DNA of 64,000 bases from a virus: IMG/VR virus record IMGVR_UViG_3300009376_000001; one strand, given 5' to 3'. Numbering within the stretch: position 1 is the first letter of the stretch; every line of letters begins with the position of its first letter. Both the position numbers and the translations under genes were made by a program. Below, piece by piece: positions 49,488 through 60,128 of the stretch. The notes under the pieces were generated by a model. That model worked only from the letters and a program-made list of their open reading frames with translations. It had not been told where the DNA came from and ran no database searches.

Positions 49488-49592
49488 CCTCTTTACCCTC
49501 GAAAAGGAGTCTCTTTCTGGGACTCCTAAACAAAAAAAAATAAAAAGATCATTTATATTCCACCCCTTTACCCGTGAAAAAGGAGTCTCTTT
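49488..49592. repeat. Imperfect 29-30 bp direct repeat
   Basis: CCTCTTTACCCTCGAAAAGGAGTCTCTTT and CCCCTTTACCCGTGAAAAAGGAGTCTCTTT. Confidence 0.7.
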
Positions 49593-49700
49593 AGGAGTCC
49601 CCTATAAAATAGAGCATCAGGCATAGGGCAGGGCATATACCGATATCTGGAATCCTGATTTATATGTCAGATTCTTATTCTGAAAGTTTGATAGAATATA

Positions 49701-49937
49701 GTGATGAAAAGTATTAAAGGTTACATAACCACACTATTCAGTGGTGCGATGATAGGGTTTGTGGGGATACACACCCTGGAAGACATAGTACTACTTAGTA
49801 TAGGTAGGTTTGCTCCCGTTCACTGGTTAGCGATGTATGCTATAGGGTTACTCGCCTCATGGCTAGTGATGGGTGCATTGTTACACAAAGTACTAGGTCG
49901 TCGATCACATAATAGCCATCATCCCCTTGACCATTAA
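49701..49937 (+). CDS. Small membrane protein
   Basis: Two hydrophobic segments, His-rich tail. Confidence 0.55.
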   Translation: MMKSIKGYITTLFSGAMIGFVGIHTLEDIVLLSIGRFAPVHWLAMYAIGLLASWLVMGALLHKVLGRRSHNSHHPLDH

Positions 49938-50078
49938 TGTACCTGTACGCCTAGTCCATAGGTGTACATGTGTATGTGTATACATGTAACGATATCAGAA
50001 TCATGTACTGGTACAGTAGTATAGTGTGTATAACTATTGACACTGTACATAGCATGTGATACAATAGTAGTATTAACT

Positions 50079-50414
50079 ATGTATGTATCACAGCACATGG
50101 CAGAACAACACGAACATATAGACTCACTGCCACTCAGTACTATACAACAGTACCTAGTGAAGCATAACGCACGGTACGTAGATAGCTACTTAGATAACAC
50201 TGTAGATACATTACTAGAAGCCTTTGACTACTTAACTATAACGTTTAGCCGTAAGATACGTGGCAAGTACAACTGTGAGGCTGTCACCTACTGGGGCGAA
50301 GTATTCACCTCCAAGGGAGTAACTCACATTGAAGCTGGGTGTCGTGCTATATTTAAAGCATTAAATCATATTGGCGGGAGAGTGAGGGTTGATTACTACC
50401 AACAGTATTTGTAA
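50079..50414 (+). CDS. Hypothetical protein
   Basis: The track's TTG start at 50037 is the -35 of a TTGACA-17-TACAAT promoter; start moved to ATG 50079. Confidence 0.5.
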   Translation: MYVSQHMAEQHEHIDSLPLSTIQQYLVKHNARYVDSYLDNTVDTLLEAFDYLTITFSRKIRGKYNCEAVTYWGEVFTSKGVTHIEAGCRAIFKALNHIGGRVRVDYYQQYL

Positions 50415-50877
50415 CGCAGTAGCCTCAGTGATAGACGAACTACAGATACCCTGTATGCATTGTATGGGGTTGAATAGTTATAAGCTGAAGCCCTGTCAAC
50501 ATTGCGAGGGTAGAGGCTGGAATCACACCAAATCACTTCACAACATTATCACAAATATTAAATATCCTTTGACATTAGTATTGAAGAATGATATGATAGG
50601 TTGGAGTGCTGAGATTGCCATAGACGGTACTAGTTTAAAGGTGGATAGCGATAGACACGCATATAACGACCCTGTCGATGCAGTCTACGAGGCACTATTC
50701 GAAGCGTTAACTGATAAGTTAGGCGCAAGCAAGGTTGGGGAATTTGAGTCAAAGGCACAACACCCTAGACAACATAATAAGCCCAAAAGGACTACTAGAG
50801 GCCGAGGCAGACCAATTAAGTCAGTAATGACTGTTCAGGAGTCTGTTAAATGGCTACAACCAGGGAGCGAATCGTAA
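50389..50877 (+). CDS. Protein with DnaJ-type CxxCxG Zn motifs
   Basis: CMHCMG..CQHCEGRG. Confidence 0.55.
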   Translation: MITTNSICNAVASVIDELQIPCMHCMGLNSYKLKPCQHCEGRGWNHTKSLHNIITNIKYPLTLVLKNDMIGWSAEIAIDGTSLKVDSDRHAYNDPVDAVYEALFEALTDKLGASKVGEFESKAQHPRQHNKPKRTTRGRGRPIKSVMTVQESVKWLQPGSES

Positions 50878-51254
50878 CACTACGATCCAATCATCCAGAC
50901 CTACCCGCTGTACGGATAGCCGAATTACTATCGGTAAGTCGAGAACGAGTACGACAGATACTAAAGACTGAAGGACTACCCACTAGAGTACGACCAGACT
51001 ATGGGAATTGTACGGTATGTGGCGAGGCTTTGAAGTCAGGCAGAAAAGCCTACTGTTCTACTACCTGCAGGTCAGTAGATTGCAGAGTATCATTCCGGTG
51101 TGATTATTGTGGACAGAGTAAAGAAATTCTTCAGTCTATCTACAATGCTCAGAAGACACGAGGATATAAGTTCATGTACTGTAGTATTCAGTGCCGGAAT
51201 TTTGGAAAATGGAATGTGGCTAAAATCAGCCAACCCGCAGTTAGCGTTTCATAA
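50850..51254 (+). CDS. HTH plus Zn-finger DNA-binding protein
   Basis: IAELLSVSRERVRQIL HTH; CTVCG..YCSTTC, CDYCG..YCSIQC. Confidence 0.7.
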   Translation: MATTRERIVTLRSNHPDLPAVRIAELLSVSRERVRQILKTEGLPTRVRPDYGNCTVCGEALKSGRKAYCSTTCRSVDCRVSFRCDYCGQSKEILQSIYNAQKTRGYKFMYCSIQCRNFGKWNVAKISQPAVSVS

Positions 51255-51646
51255 ATTTATTTATGGGACAGGTAAGATTACATCATGGAATCCACTCTTG
51301 CATCGGTACTACTAGTGGCAGGTTTTGGAAGTTACATCTCAGGGATAGTTTACTTAGTAACTCATCCCACTTGTGGTTACACATACGATAAAGCATATCA
51401 AAAGCATCTCTCAGTGAATGATAAGTATCGAACACATTTACCATTATTTTAAATAAATACCTCCTCACTAAGCCCTCAGTAGTCTACCCACCACTACTGG
51501 GGGCTTTTATTTACTCTAGCCCGCAAATACCTCAAATCTAGCTTTTCCTTACAGCCTCCATGCCTCCAGGCACGAGAAATAGGGGATTGACAAATGGCTG
51601 TGGATAGGGTAGACTATGTTCATCAAGTTAAACAGGAGTATACGAA

Positions 51647-51853
51647 ATGACCTCACAACTCTGGACTAAGAAAGCAACCCAGGGAACCCTCAAGGAACTC
51701 CGACACGCAGGATTCATCGTAAACAAGGTCAATAGCGGGTACGAAGCATTCGACACGGACTTCGACGGCAACCAAGAAGAATTGGTACTCAAGGCAATGA
51801 TGGGTCTGGGTGGATACCTGGTACGCTACGAGCCACGACTATTCGCTGAGTAG
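51647..51853 (+). CDS. Early hypothetical protein
   Basis: Promoter, CAGGAG RBS, terminator. Confidence 0.7.
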   Translation: MTSQLWTKKATQGTLKELRHAGFIVNKVNSGYEAFDTDFDGNQEELVLKAMMGLGGYLVRYEPRLFAE

Positions 51854-52080
51854 TAGCACACCAACAACCGAGCAGCGTCAAGTCCCTAGAACAATCGTTC
51901 TAGGGATTTTTTTTGGCATGACGACGCAGCGCACTCCTCCATCCCGCAGCGCGATCCCCCTACAGCTTTTCCTTATGGACCCTGGTCCTGTGTGGACCCG
52001 CAGATGGACCTGCAGTAATACTTGACAACTAGGTAACACTGTGCTATACTATGTTCATCAAGTTTAACAGAGGTGACCCA

Positions 52081-52314
52081 ATGCTAGCCGAAACCAACAT
52101 CAACCCTTCCAATATCTGCTCCGAGTGCGAGGCCGACACCTTTCCAGTTCGCTGGCACGGTGGCGACTCCCGCCGTGCGGATGGCTCCGAAATCATGGAG
52201 GTCTGCTTCTGCGACTGCCATGAGGAGGACGACGACCTCCCGCAGTATCCCGCTCACGGCGTGGACGGGTTCCACTTCCTTGAGGACTTCGGGGACGGCC
52301 CTCAAGGCTGGTAA
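52081..52314 (+). CDS. Early Cys-rich acidic protein
   Basis: Promoter, GAGGTG RBS; CSEC..CFCDCH. Confidence 0.65.
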   Translation: MLAETNINPSNICSECEADTFPVRWHGGDSRRADGSEIMEVCFCDCHEEDDDLPQYPAHGVDGFHFLEDFGDGPQGW

Positions 52315-52681
52315 GCCTCGCTCCTCCCGATGCCCCCTATCCTCTCACAATGTGGGAGGATTTTTTTTGTGCAACAAATTATCCTTTATAGTAGCTTTTC
52401 CTTATTGCCAACACTGTTCCGCCTCCTCTATACTCCTGCCAGCAGAAGGATGTAACTACAAACGGGGAAGGGGAGCGGGGTTCACATCCTTCTGCTACTT
52501 TTTTGTGATATAGTTAACACTCTTCGGGACTTCTACATCACCTTTCAGACTTGAGTGGCCTTAAAACGACTTACAGAACGATTTCTAGTATTTTGAACGT
52601 GGAATAAACGTGATATAGTTAGTTGACACGGCTCCTAGGCTAAGGTATACTAAGAATATCAAACTATATAGGAGCATCACT

Positions 52682-52936
52682 ATGACTGACTCACAACTAA
52701 TCGCTAGCATCTCCACCACGGAATCCCACAACGACCCAGCTACCGTAGACTCTGTCTACAACCACTGCGCCACAGTGATGGCAAAATACGACTCCGAAGT
52801 CGTAGCACAGGAAATCCACGGATGGGAATGGGAAGCGGTACTACTGCTACTCACGGACACTCATCCTGAGTACCAAATCCTCGCAGAGGAAGCACAGCAT
52901 CGAGTAGCTGAGGACATTCGTGGATTCTACGCCTAA
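52682..52936 (+). CDS. Early hypothetical protein
   Basis: Promoter, AGGAG RBS, terminator. Confidence 0.7.
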   Translation: MTDSQLIASISTTESHNDPATVDSVYNHCATVMAKYDSEVVAQEIHGWEWEAVLLLLTDTHPEYQILAEEAQHRVAEDIRGFYA

Positions 52937-53127
52937 TCCACGGTAACTCTCCCGAACCTCCACGTTTCACCTCCGTGGAGGTTTTTTTGTGCCTCACACC
53001 GCCTGCGGGTCCTGCAGCAGCTTTTCCTTAAGGGTCCTTACTATATCACACCACCAGTAGAGCGCAGGCAACGCCTTGACAGACGCAGAATACTCTGGTA
53101 TACTAAGAGCATCAAATCAAACAGGAA

Positions 53128-53463
53128 GTGACTGGAATGAATCCCAACATCGACGGCATCTCTGAACTGGCAATCATCCTCAACGGTGAGTGCGTAGAGG
53201 ATGCCTCTCACACGGGAATCTCCGCAGACCTACAGTACGATGCCGAGAATAGGCTAGAACATCTGACTTACACTTGTGCGGAATGTCTGGAAATTCTCAA
53301 CGCTCCTTGGCAAGCAGAGCAGTGGGAAGGAGTGGTGATTCCCACAGAGCGACACTACACATGGCTATACGATATAAATGTCCCACGGGACATTAGTTCC
53401 ACAGAGCGTGAGGCTCTGGACTATCTCAATCCTAAATGGTGGACACGGGAGGTGACCTGGTAA
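53128..53463 (+). CDS. Early hypothetical protein
   Basis: Promoter and terminator; start may be ATG 53137. Confidence 0.65.
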   Translation: MTGMNPNIDGISELAIILNGECVEDASHTGISADLQYDAENRLEHLTYTCAECLEILNAPWQAEQWEGVVIPTERHYTWLYDINVPRDISSTEREALDYLNPKWWTREVTW

Positions 53464-53676
53464 AACTTACAATAGGCCGTGCCTGAGGCACTCTCAAATA
53501 ATGGTCGGGCATTATGCGTACCCTGTCACTTCGACAGGGTATTTTTTTGCCTCCCGCGCTCTGCTAGTGGTGTGTTAGCTTTTCCTTACTATACTAGAGA
53601 TTATATTGGTACTTGACAGATGTCTAGAAGTATGCTATAATGATTACATCAAATAAAGACAGGGCGGTGGTCACAG

Positions 53677-53883
53677 ATGGCAAGGAACATTCACACAGCA
53701 GTAGAATTCAGAGGCACACCAGACGCTATTCGTAAAGCGAAAAAAGACCTGAAGCAAATTCGCAATCGTTGGCTACACGAAGCTACTAACATCCTAGTCA
53801 TCCGACGAGACAAGCACGACCTATGGCGTAAGATAGCACGAGACTTTAAATTGAAAGTACGGATTGTGCCTTGGGACATATAA
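53677..53883 (+). CDS. Early basic protein
   Basis: Promoter at 53613. Confidence 0.6.
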   Translation: MARNIHTAVEFRGTPDAIRKAKKDLKQIRNRWLHEATNILVIRRDKHDLWRKIARDFKLKVRIVPWDI

Positions 53884-54063
53884 GCTAGGCACAGACCTAC
53901 AAATGCCGCGATGACACGTATAATAGATATATAAGAAATTAAGTTTGAAAGTGTGGAGGTACTTTCAGACTGGCACATTAACAATAGAATAGGCAATCTG
54001 TTGGCAATCATAAAACGTACTCTGACCAAACTTTAATTTAAATTAATATCGGAGATTACGAAT

Positions 54064-54327
54064 ATGACCAACAAAAAAACCATCCGTGGTATCGAACTAG
54101 GAACAGCCTTACAGGCTCACCTAGAGGCCATACGCCTACTCGGAACAGATGGCGTGGAAGACCGCCTGAAAGACATCCGTGAGGCCACATTCAAGCGCAT
54201 GGCAGAGCACAAGAACAATTCCCTAACATGGGAACAAATCTGTGCTCACGTGCCAGAGCGTTACGAGTGTCACGGACACTGTGACGGTGTCACATGCACC
54301 AATAGGTGCAAAATGACTCCAGCGTAA
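54064..54327 (+). CDS. Early hypothetical protein
   Basis: GGAG RBS; Cys-rich tail; terminator overlaps the stop. Confidence 0.65.
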   Translation: MTNKKTIRGIELGTALQAHLEAIRLLGTDGVEDRLKDIREATFKRMAEHKNNSLTWEQICAHVPERYECHGHCDGVTCTNRCKMTPA

Positions 54328-54441
54328 GCTGGAGTTTTTTTTAACCTGCTGTATAGCTTTTCCTTACGCCTATAGACCTTGACAGATGTTTAGAAGTATG
54401 GTAAAATAAGTTATCAAATCAAAAGAGGCAGGAGAAACAAC

Positions 54442-54636
54442 ATGAACGGAACGACTAACTGGGAAGGCTTGGTAGAGTTAGCAGTCGAAGCATACATCGA
54501 CAAGTACTACTCTGACCTGAAGGAGGAGGAGGCACTCTCCACGACACACCTCTACGAGGCCAAGCAGGACATCATCAAGCACCTGCTCTCCGTTGGTGTA
54601 CGCTGGGGGCAGGTGGCATCTCTGAAAGGGATGTAA
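54442..54636 (+). CDS. Early protein, paralogue of 57392-57577
   Basis: L.ELA..AYI..YY.DL..E.AL...H..EAK.DIIK.LL shared. Confidence 0.75.
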   Translation: MNGTTNWEGLVELAVEAYIDKYYSDLKEEEALSTTHLYEAKQDIIKHLLSVGVRWGQVASLKGM

Positions 54637-54810
54637 CCTCACCTGGCATAAACCTCCATCCGGCACTACAAAACCACTGTATTTTTCACAGTGGTTTTTT
54701 TGTTACCTTTTTTACTCAATTCTAGCTTTTCCTTACCCCTTCCTGGTTGACTTATATCATAACATATGCTATACTACTAGTAGATTAAATACACAGGAGA
54801 TATCACAGAA

Positions 54811-55137
54811 ATGTCCAACATTAAAGTAAATACCATTCACATCGAAGGCAAGACTTGGCTAGGTTGTACATCCGCTGAAGAATACATGAAGGATATGCTA
54901 CGTTACGATAACGGAATCATAGCTGAACTTCAGCAGGAAGAAGGCAACTCTGAATTTACAGCCACGATAGTTGCCACACGATATACGCCAGAACGTTGGC
55001 TGTCATTCGGCCTCTGTCCTACACTAGTAGAAGGAACTCCTAAAGCGTGGCGAACTCAAATGGGACTAACGCAACGTATTCCTCTAAAGGATGTGCAAAC
55101 GTGGGTGGATAATTCAGATAACGTTTCTGTGATATAG
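54811..55137 (+). CDS. Early hypothetical protein
   Basis: Promoter, CAGGAG RBS; DMLRYD motif. Confidence 0.7.
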   Translation: MSNIKVNTIHIEGKTWLGCTSAEEYMKDMLRYDNGIIAELQQEEGNSEFTATIVATRYTPERWLSFGLCPTLVEGTPKAWRTQMGLTQRIPLKDVQTWVDNSDNVSVI

Positions 55138-55357
55138 TTTCCACATTTGAAGCTAAAGGATTGACTTGCCACCGATATTCGTGGTAAAGTTATCACACTG
55201 TTCTCCACAAAATCCCCGCTTGACGGGGATTTTTTTTATACACGCTGCAGCGATCCCCGGCAGCTTTTCCTTAACAGTCCTGGGGTCCCGCACTTCCTCC
55301 AGGTAGTTCTTCAGGGATACTTGACATCACTACTACTGTGTGGTATACTATTAGTAC

Positions 55358-55445
55358 GTTGAGAGACACCCAGATGCCTGAGGGCTTCACTCTACACTCA
55401 AGCTAGCGGGTGACGAGTCCCACGGTGTGAAGGCAGTCTCTCAGC
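55358..55445 (+). ncRNA. Candidate structured RNA or leader
   Basis: Begins near the predicted start of the 55321 promoter; closing stem GTTGAGAGAC/GTCTCTCAGC. Confidence 0.4.
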
Positions 55446-55467
55446 AACCCAAGGCCGGAGATAAGAA

Positions 55468-55617
55468 ATGACTAAAGCAGACAAGCGAGCGAATAAACGC
55501 TTCAAAGACCGTTACGGTCATTTCGGAGCCGGAGCATCTCACACTCGTGAGGCTAGCGAGGCCGAGGTGCTAAAGCACATCGAGAAAGCCAAGAAGAATC
55601 ATCGTCCACGACGGTGA
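55468..55617 (+). CDS. Small basic protein (49 aa)
   Basis: GGAG RBS; MTKADKRANKRFKDRYG..; not in the ORF track. Confidence 0.6.
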   Translation: MTKADKRANKRFKDRYGHFGAGASHTREASEAEVLKHIEKAKKNHRPRR

Positions 55618-55773
55618 TTTTTTTTATCCCACTCACGACGGGAGATTTTGTCTCCCGTTTTTTTTTGCCTGCAGCAGTAGCTTTTCCTTAATGTAGGGGA
55701 TCTCGTACAACCTTGACATCAACATAGATATCTGCTATACTGTAAGTATCAAATAAAAAGCAGGAGAACTAGA

Positions 55774-55980
55774 ATGTTTCCAATAACTTTTATTAAAGAC
55801 GAAGAAGGATATGTATCCGAGTGCTGTTTCGCATATCCGGCATTTGAACTGGATATGTCATCAGTCCCTTACGGAGGCCCATCAGGGTTCTGTAGTCGCT
55901 GTCAGGACAACGCCATATTCTTAGTAGAAGACACTGGAGAACCATTCGACACCAAGGGGGAAAAATATGGTGAAAGGTGA
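55774..55980 (+). CDS. Early Zn-binding protein, paralogue of the 63797 ORF
   Basis: SECC.A.P..G.CSRCQD. Confidence 0.7.
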   Translation: MFPITFIKDEEGYVSECCFAYPAFELDMSSVPYGGPSGFCSRCQDNAIFLVEDTGEPFDTKGEKYGER

Positions 55981-56226
55981 ACTGATTACAATATCAATAT
56001 TTCTCATCCTACTCGTAGGATGGGTGGCTCCATAGGAGTGGAAATTAATCCACTCCTATTTTTTTGTCCCTCCTCCTCCACCACCTCCACTCGCATCACC
56101 TCCCTCTCCTCTCCCTCCACTCAGCTTTTCCTTACAGTCATCTCTGCTACAAGTGTAAAACTCAACCTTGACAATAGCCCCTAGACATGCTAAAATACAT
56201 ATATCAAATAAATCAGGGGATACGAA

Positions 56227-56394
56227 ATGCAGACGCAAGACGGAGTCCGAATCACTGTTAAAAAGAACCTTTTAGGCCCAGGAATACGAGTAATCCGTGA
56301 ATGGCTAGGTGGGATAGAAGTTCTGTCAGATGTACCTACCTGGGAGTGGGCCTGGGAGAAAGCCTGGGAACTGAGCGTATACAACAAGGATTAA
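56227..56394 (+). CDS. Early small protein (55 aa)
   Basis: Promoter and RBS; MQTQDGVRI..; not in the ORF track. Confidence 0.6.
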   Translation: MQTQDGVRITVKKNLLGPGIRVIREWLGGIEVLSDVPTWEWAWEKAWELSVYNKD

Positions 56395-56408
56395 GGAGCA
56401 ACATAAAA

Positions 56409-56651
56409 ATGACGGACGTAACTTACAACGGCTGGAAGAATTACGAGACTTGGAATGTGGCATTGTGGTTATTCAACGAATACCCTCTGTACTGCGTCGC
56501 TAAAGGCCATAAAGGCTACGCTACGCCTTACAAGTCCCTTAGAGACTCTCTGCATCACACCTTTGGATATATCAAGACGACAGACGGTATAAGCCTGTGG
56601 TCACAGAACTTAGACATCGAGGCATTAGACGAAGCTATCAACGAATCTTAA
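56409..56651 (+). CDS. Conserved phage protein of the YNGWxNYETWNV type
   Basis: AAGGAG RBS; YNGWKNYETWNVALWL..TTDGI. Confidence 0.7.
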   Translation: MTDVTYNGWKNYETWNVALWLFNEYPLYCVAKGHKGYATPYKSLRDSLHHTFGYIKTTDGISLWSQNLDIEALDEAINES

Positions 56652-56859
56652 TCTAATCTCTCAACTAATTTTTCCAAGTACTCTAACGAAAGTTAGAGTA
56701 TTTTTGTTACCACTCCCACATTCGTACTTCACCGCCTCCTCCACCTCCTCCACTATCTTTTCCTTAAGATCCATCTCTGTTCCAGGTATAAAACTCAATC
56801 TTGACAATAGACCTTAGGCATGCTATAATACATCTATCAAATAAATCAGGAGATACAAA

Positions 56860-57066
56860 ATGATTAGCAACCTTATCGACCCACAGGAACTTCTAGATGC
56901 AGCTGAGGAATCCATGTTCGGAATGGAGTCCATAGGCTTCTGCCTAGGATGCGGTGCAGAGAACTACGCCGTAGAGCCGGACGCTCGCAAGTACGAGTGT
57001 GAAGAGTGCGGTGAGTACGCCGTATACGGCGCACCAGAGTTGATACTCATGGGATACGGTGGGTAA
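56860..57066 (+). CDS. Early Zn-ribbon protein
   Basis: GFCLGCG..EPDARKYECEECG..VYGA. Confidence 0.75.
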   Translation: MISNLIDPQELLDAAEESMFGMESIGFCLGCGAENYAVEPDARKYECEECGEYAVYGAPELILMGYGG

Positions 57067-57391
57067 CCACCGAAGGAGGTTAACATGGTACGATTCAACG
57101 ACCTGTGGATGCGTTGCAAGAACTGTCAGAAGGGCTTCCGATTCCTGTCCTTCCTCGACCACCCCGGACACCCCGTCCACTGTCCACATTGCGATTTCAA
57201 CAATCGCTAAGCCAGCGTCCCCCGTGAGAGCGGGGGATTTTTTTTTACCTGGAGTATTATCTTTTCCTTAGGCTTCTTTAGAACAAAGTATCTAAAAAAC
57301 TCGTACAGATTCGTGCCTAGACGAACTTGACAGTTTTTTACTAGATATGATAAGATAGACCTATCAAATCAAGAGAGACAGGAGAAACAAC

Positions 57392-57577
57392 ATGGTTTAC
57401 CTAAACGGCAACTACGACTACGAGGCACTGGCAGAACTAGCCATAGACGCATACATCCACCAGTACTACTACGATTTGGAGGCCGAAGGCGCACTCACCC
57501 ACGCACATGTTCACGAAGCCAAAGAGGACATCATTAAGACTCTCCTCGCACTTCGTCCGTCCTTTCTAGTTAAATAG
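57392..57577 (+). CDS. Early protein, paralogue of 54442-54636
   Basis: Sequence similarity and identical RBS context CAGGAGAAACAACATG. Confidence 0.75.
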   Translation: MVYLNGNYDYEALAELAIDAYIHQYYYDLEAEGALTHAHVHEAKEDIIKTLLALRPSFLVK

Positions 57578-57773
57578 AACCCCTACTCGTAGCCACACCT
57601 CTTCAATACCTTGTTCATCGACAAGGTATTTTTTTGTCCTCCTTTTTACTCAATCTCAGCTTTTCCTTACTGATCCCCAAAAAATTGATTACAAATTGGT
57701 ACTAAAATAGTATTGACTTCGTATACGATACCTGCTATACTATTGGTACAACATAAAAACAGGAGAAACCAAT

Positions 57774-58082
57774 ATGACTACACTAGATGGCACAAAAATC
57801 GAGGAATTCGCAATCAACGTAGCAGAGTATCTGCAACGTCAGGCAATCGCCAAGGAAGCGGAAAAACGTCTCAATGAGACAAAGGACGCTCTCAAGGCGT
57901 ACATGGCAACTGAAGGACTCACCGAGGCCGAAGTAGGCGAGCATATCGTCAAGCTGATAGAAGTCTCTCGTGAGACTGTGGACACTAAGGTTGCTAAGGT
58001 TGTCATTCCTAAGAAGTACTTAGCGGAAATCCTCAAGACCACGGAATACCAGCAACTGCGGATTGACCGTAAAAAGGACTAA
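57774..58082 (+). CDS. Early coiled-coil protein
   Basis: Promoter, CAGGAG RBS, terminator. Confidence 0.7.
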   Translation: MTTLDGTKIEEFAINVAEYLQRQAIAKEAEKRLNETKDALKAYMATEGLTEAEVGEHIVKLIEVSRETVDTKVAKVVIPKKYLAEILKTTEYQQLRIDRKKD

Positions 58083-58402
58083 GCCTAGTCCGGCTCTCCG
58101 CAAGAAGATTCTCTAACTCGCATTGAGTTAGGGAATTTTTTTTCCACCCCGCATATTATCTTTTCCTTACGGATCATCGGACCTCTGTCAGACCTATTTT
58201 AAAATCCATTGAAATTAGGTAGATTTTGGTAGGTTTTGGACTTGACAAATAGCGAAAAGTATGGTATAATATAAGTAGAACGAATAAATAAAAATAGTGA
58301 GATTAAAAAAAACATCTAAAAAATTGGTACGGTTTAGGGGTTGACTTACTGCCATAGATGTGTTATAATATTATTAAGAAATAAAAAGTGAGATTAAAAA
58401 AT

Positions 58403-58852
58403 ATGAACAACCAACTACATACCAAAAACAATAACCACAACGAAATACAAATAGGACTTGACCAACAATTCGGATTCACTTCACTGATAGCACGGGTGAT
58501 TCTAGAATCAATCAACGACTTGGGCGTAGATGCACTTGAGGATGAAGGGACACGTTACTGGATAGATGAAGCCACTGACGTTAACGTTGAGGCACTCCGA
58601 GTCGCAATTGGGAATATGCCAACCAAAAACGGAAAAGTAGACGCTAAACCTGCCATACGCCATATCATGGAACAATTGGATGCACGTGAACAAGTGGAAC
58701 GGGATATGGTAGATGTAGAAATACAATTTGACCAAGTACCATTATCTGAAGTTGAGGAACCAACTATTGCGGAATTAGCTAAAATTGAACCAGTCGCAGA
58801 ATTACTAGAATGGGACGACGACTGGCAACCAGACTGGATAAAAGCGGAGTAA
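58403..58852 (+). CDS. Early acidic protein
   Basis: Tandem promoters at 58242 and 58341; acidic C-terminus. Confidence 0.65.
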   Translation: MNNQLHTKNNNHNEIQIGLDQQFGFTSLIARVILESINDLGVDALEDEGTRYWIDEATDVNVEALRVAIGNMPTKNGKVDAKPAIRHIMEQLDAREQVERDMVDVEIQFDQVPLSEVEEPTIAELAKIEPVAELLEWDDDWQPDWIKAE

Positions 58853-58907
58853 TAGCTATACAACTGAATAGGCAACCTAATATCAAATAAAACGGAGAAT
58901 ACTTATA

Positions 58908-59162
58908 ATGACTTTAGCAACTTTACTAAACACCTGCCCCAACGACTGCCTAGCAGAATTCGTTACTTCTGAGGCACAATACTACGGCGATGTTTTGGAC
59001 TACTTCGACTTTTACTGCGATGAGTGCGGATATACCGCTAAAATATTCGCTGATGGCGAAGTCGAAGTAATAATCAACCCTATTCGGGAAGATTATTTCG
59101 GTCTTAACGCTGAGTTCGATAATGAACCAGAGTTAGACGACTTATATTTCGGAACTCGCTAA
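58908..59162 (+). CDS. Early acidic Zn-ribbon protein
   Basis: CPNDC..CDECG. Confidence 0.65.
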   Translation: MTLATLLNTCPNDCLAEFVTSEAQYYGDVLDYFDFYCDECGYTAKIFADGEVEVIINPIREDYFGLNAEFDNEPELDDLYFGTR

Positions 59163-59319
59163 AAGCGAGTTTTAATATAAAAACAAGCACCCGCTCCGGC
59201 GGGTGTTTTTTTTGCACTGTATATGATCTTTTCCTTACCTGCTGCCAGGGAGATAAACCTTGACATCCACGTTTAAATATGGTATACTAATAGAGTAATA
59301 AATAAATAGGAGAAAAAAC

Positions 59320-59607
59320 ATGGAGCACGGATTTAATCCATTTATACCAGAAGAACTTATCGACCATTTAAAAGACGAAGCTTATTCCGAACTATGTGAA
59401 GTTGGCGAAATACAGATGGCACTTAATCAACTGGAAGGTAAATTCCACCGTAGAATCCGACGTATACAACATCATATGCGCCAATGCGGAACTTGTTTAT
59501 CTCAACAAATAAAAACTGGTATACTAGTGGAGTTACCAGAATATTGGGAAATGCAACAACAATCAGGAGGTGGACGGTATCCAAAATTACATTATCAGGT
59601 GAACTGA
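59320..59607 (+). CDS. Early hypothetical protein
   Basis: Promoter and AGGAG RBS; H...C..C. Confidence 0.65.
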   Translation: MEHGFNPFIPEELIDHLKDEAYSELCEVGEIQMALNQLEGKFHRRIRRIQHHMRQCGTCLSQQIKTGILVELPEYWEMQQQSGGGRYPKLHYQVN

Positions 59608-59909
59608 TGGCAAAAAAATGTAAGAATAAATACCGTTTCAGAATCTGGAACGACGCACAACGCTTTGCGGAACAATACAGAGACGACGTATCCTTACTAT
59701 TTAGTCCAATACGTCCATACTGGTGCCACAAACATGAACTGTGGCACATAGGTCACGATACTAGAGATAAGGTGGAATACTTAGGTAATGGCATCAGAAT
59801 TCTTCCAAACACAAATGGGACAAAGGTTTTATCAGAAAACAATGCCAGATATAGCAACAGAACTACAGAAGATAAATCAGAATTTGACAATCCTAGCCGA
59901 CTTACTTAA
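59607..59909 (+). CDS. Hypothetical protein
   Basis: Coupled start MAKKC; PYWC..H..WHIGH. Confidence 0.6.
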   Translation: MAKKCKNKYRFRIWNDAQRFAEQYRDDVSLLFSPIRPYWCHKHELWHIGHDTRDKVEYLGNGIRILPNTNGTKVLSENNARYSNRTTEDKSEFDNPSRLT

Positions 59910-60128
59910 ACAAAGCTTAGAGATAGATAAAGAGATTAGAGATAAGAATAAAACTCAAGTCTGGTAACATAGTCCACTTCCTTAGAAAGAGTCAGATGGC
60001 CTCCAACATCTGGCTCTTTCTTTTTACCACTGTATAGATCTTTTCCTTAAAGCATCTCCAGGTTCATAGACTTGACATCAGAGTATATCTATGCTATACT
60101 ACAAGTATCAAATAAAGAAGGAACCAAC

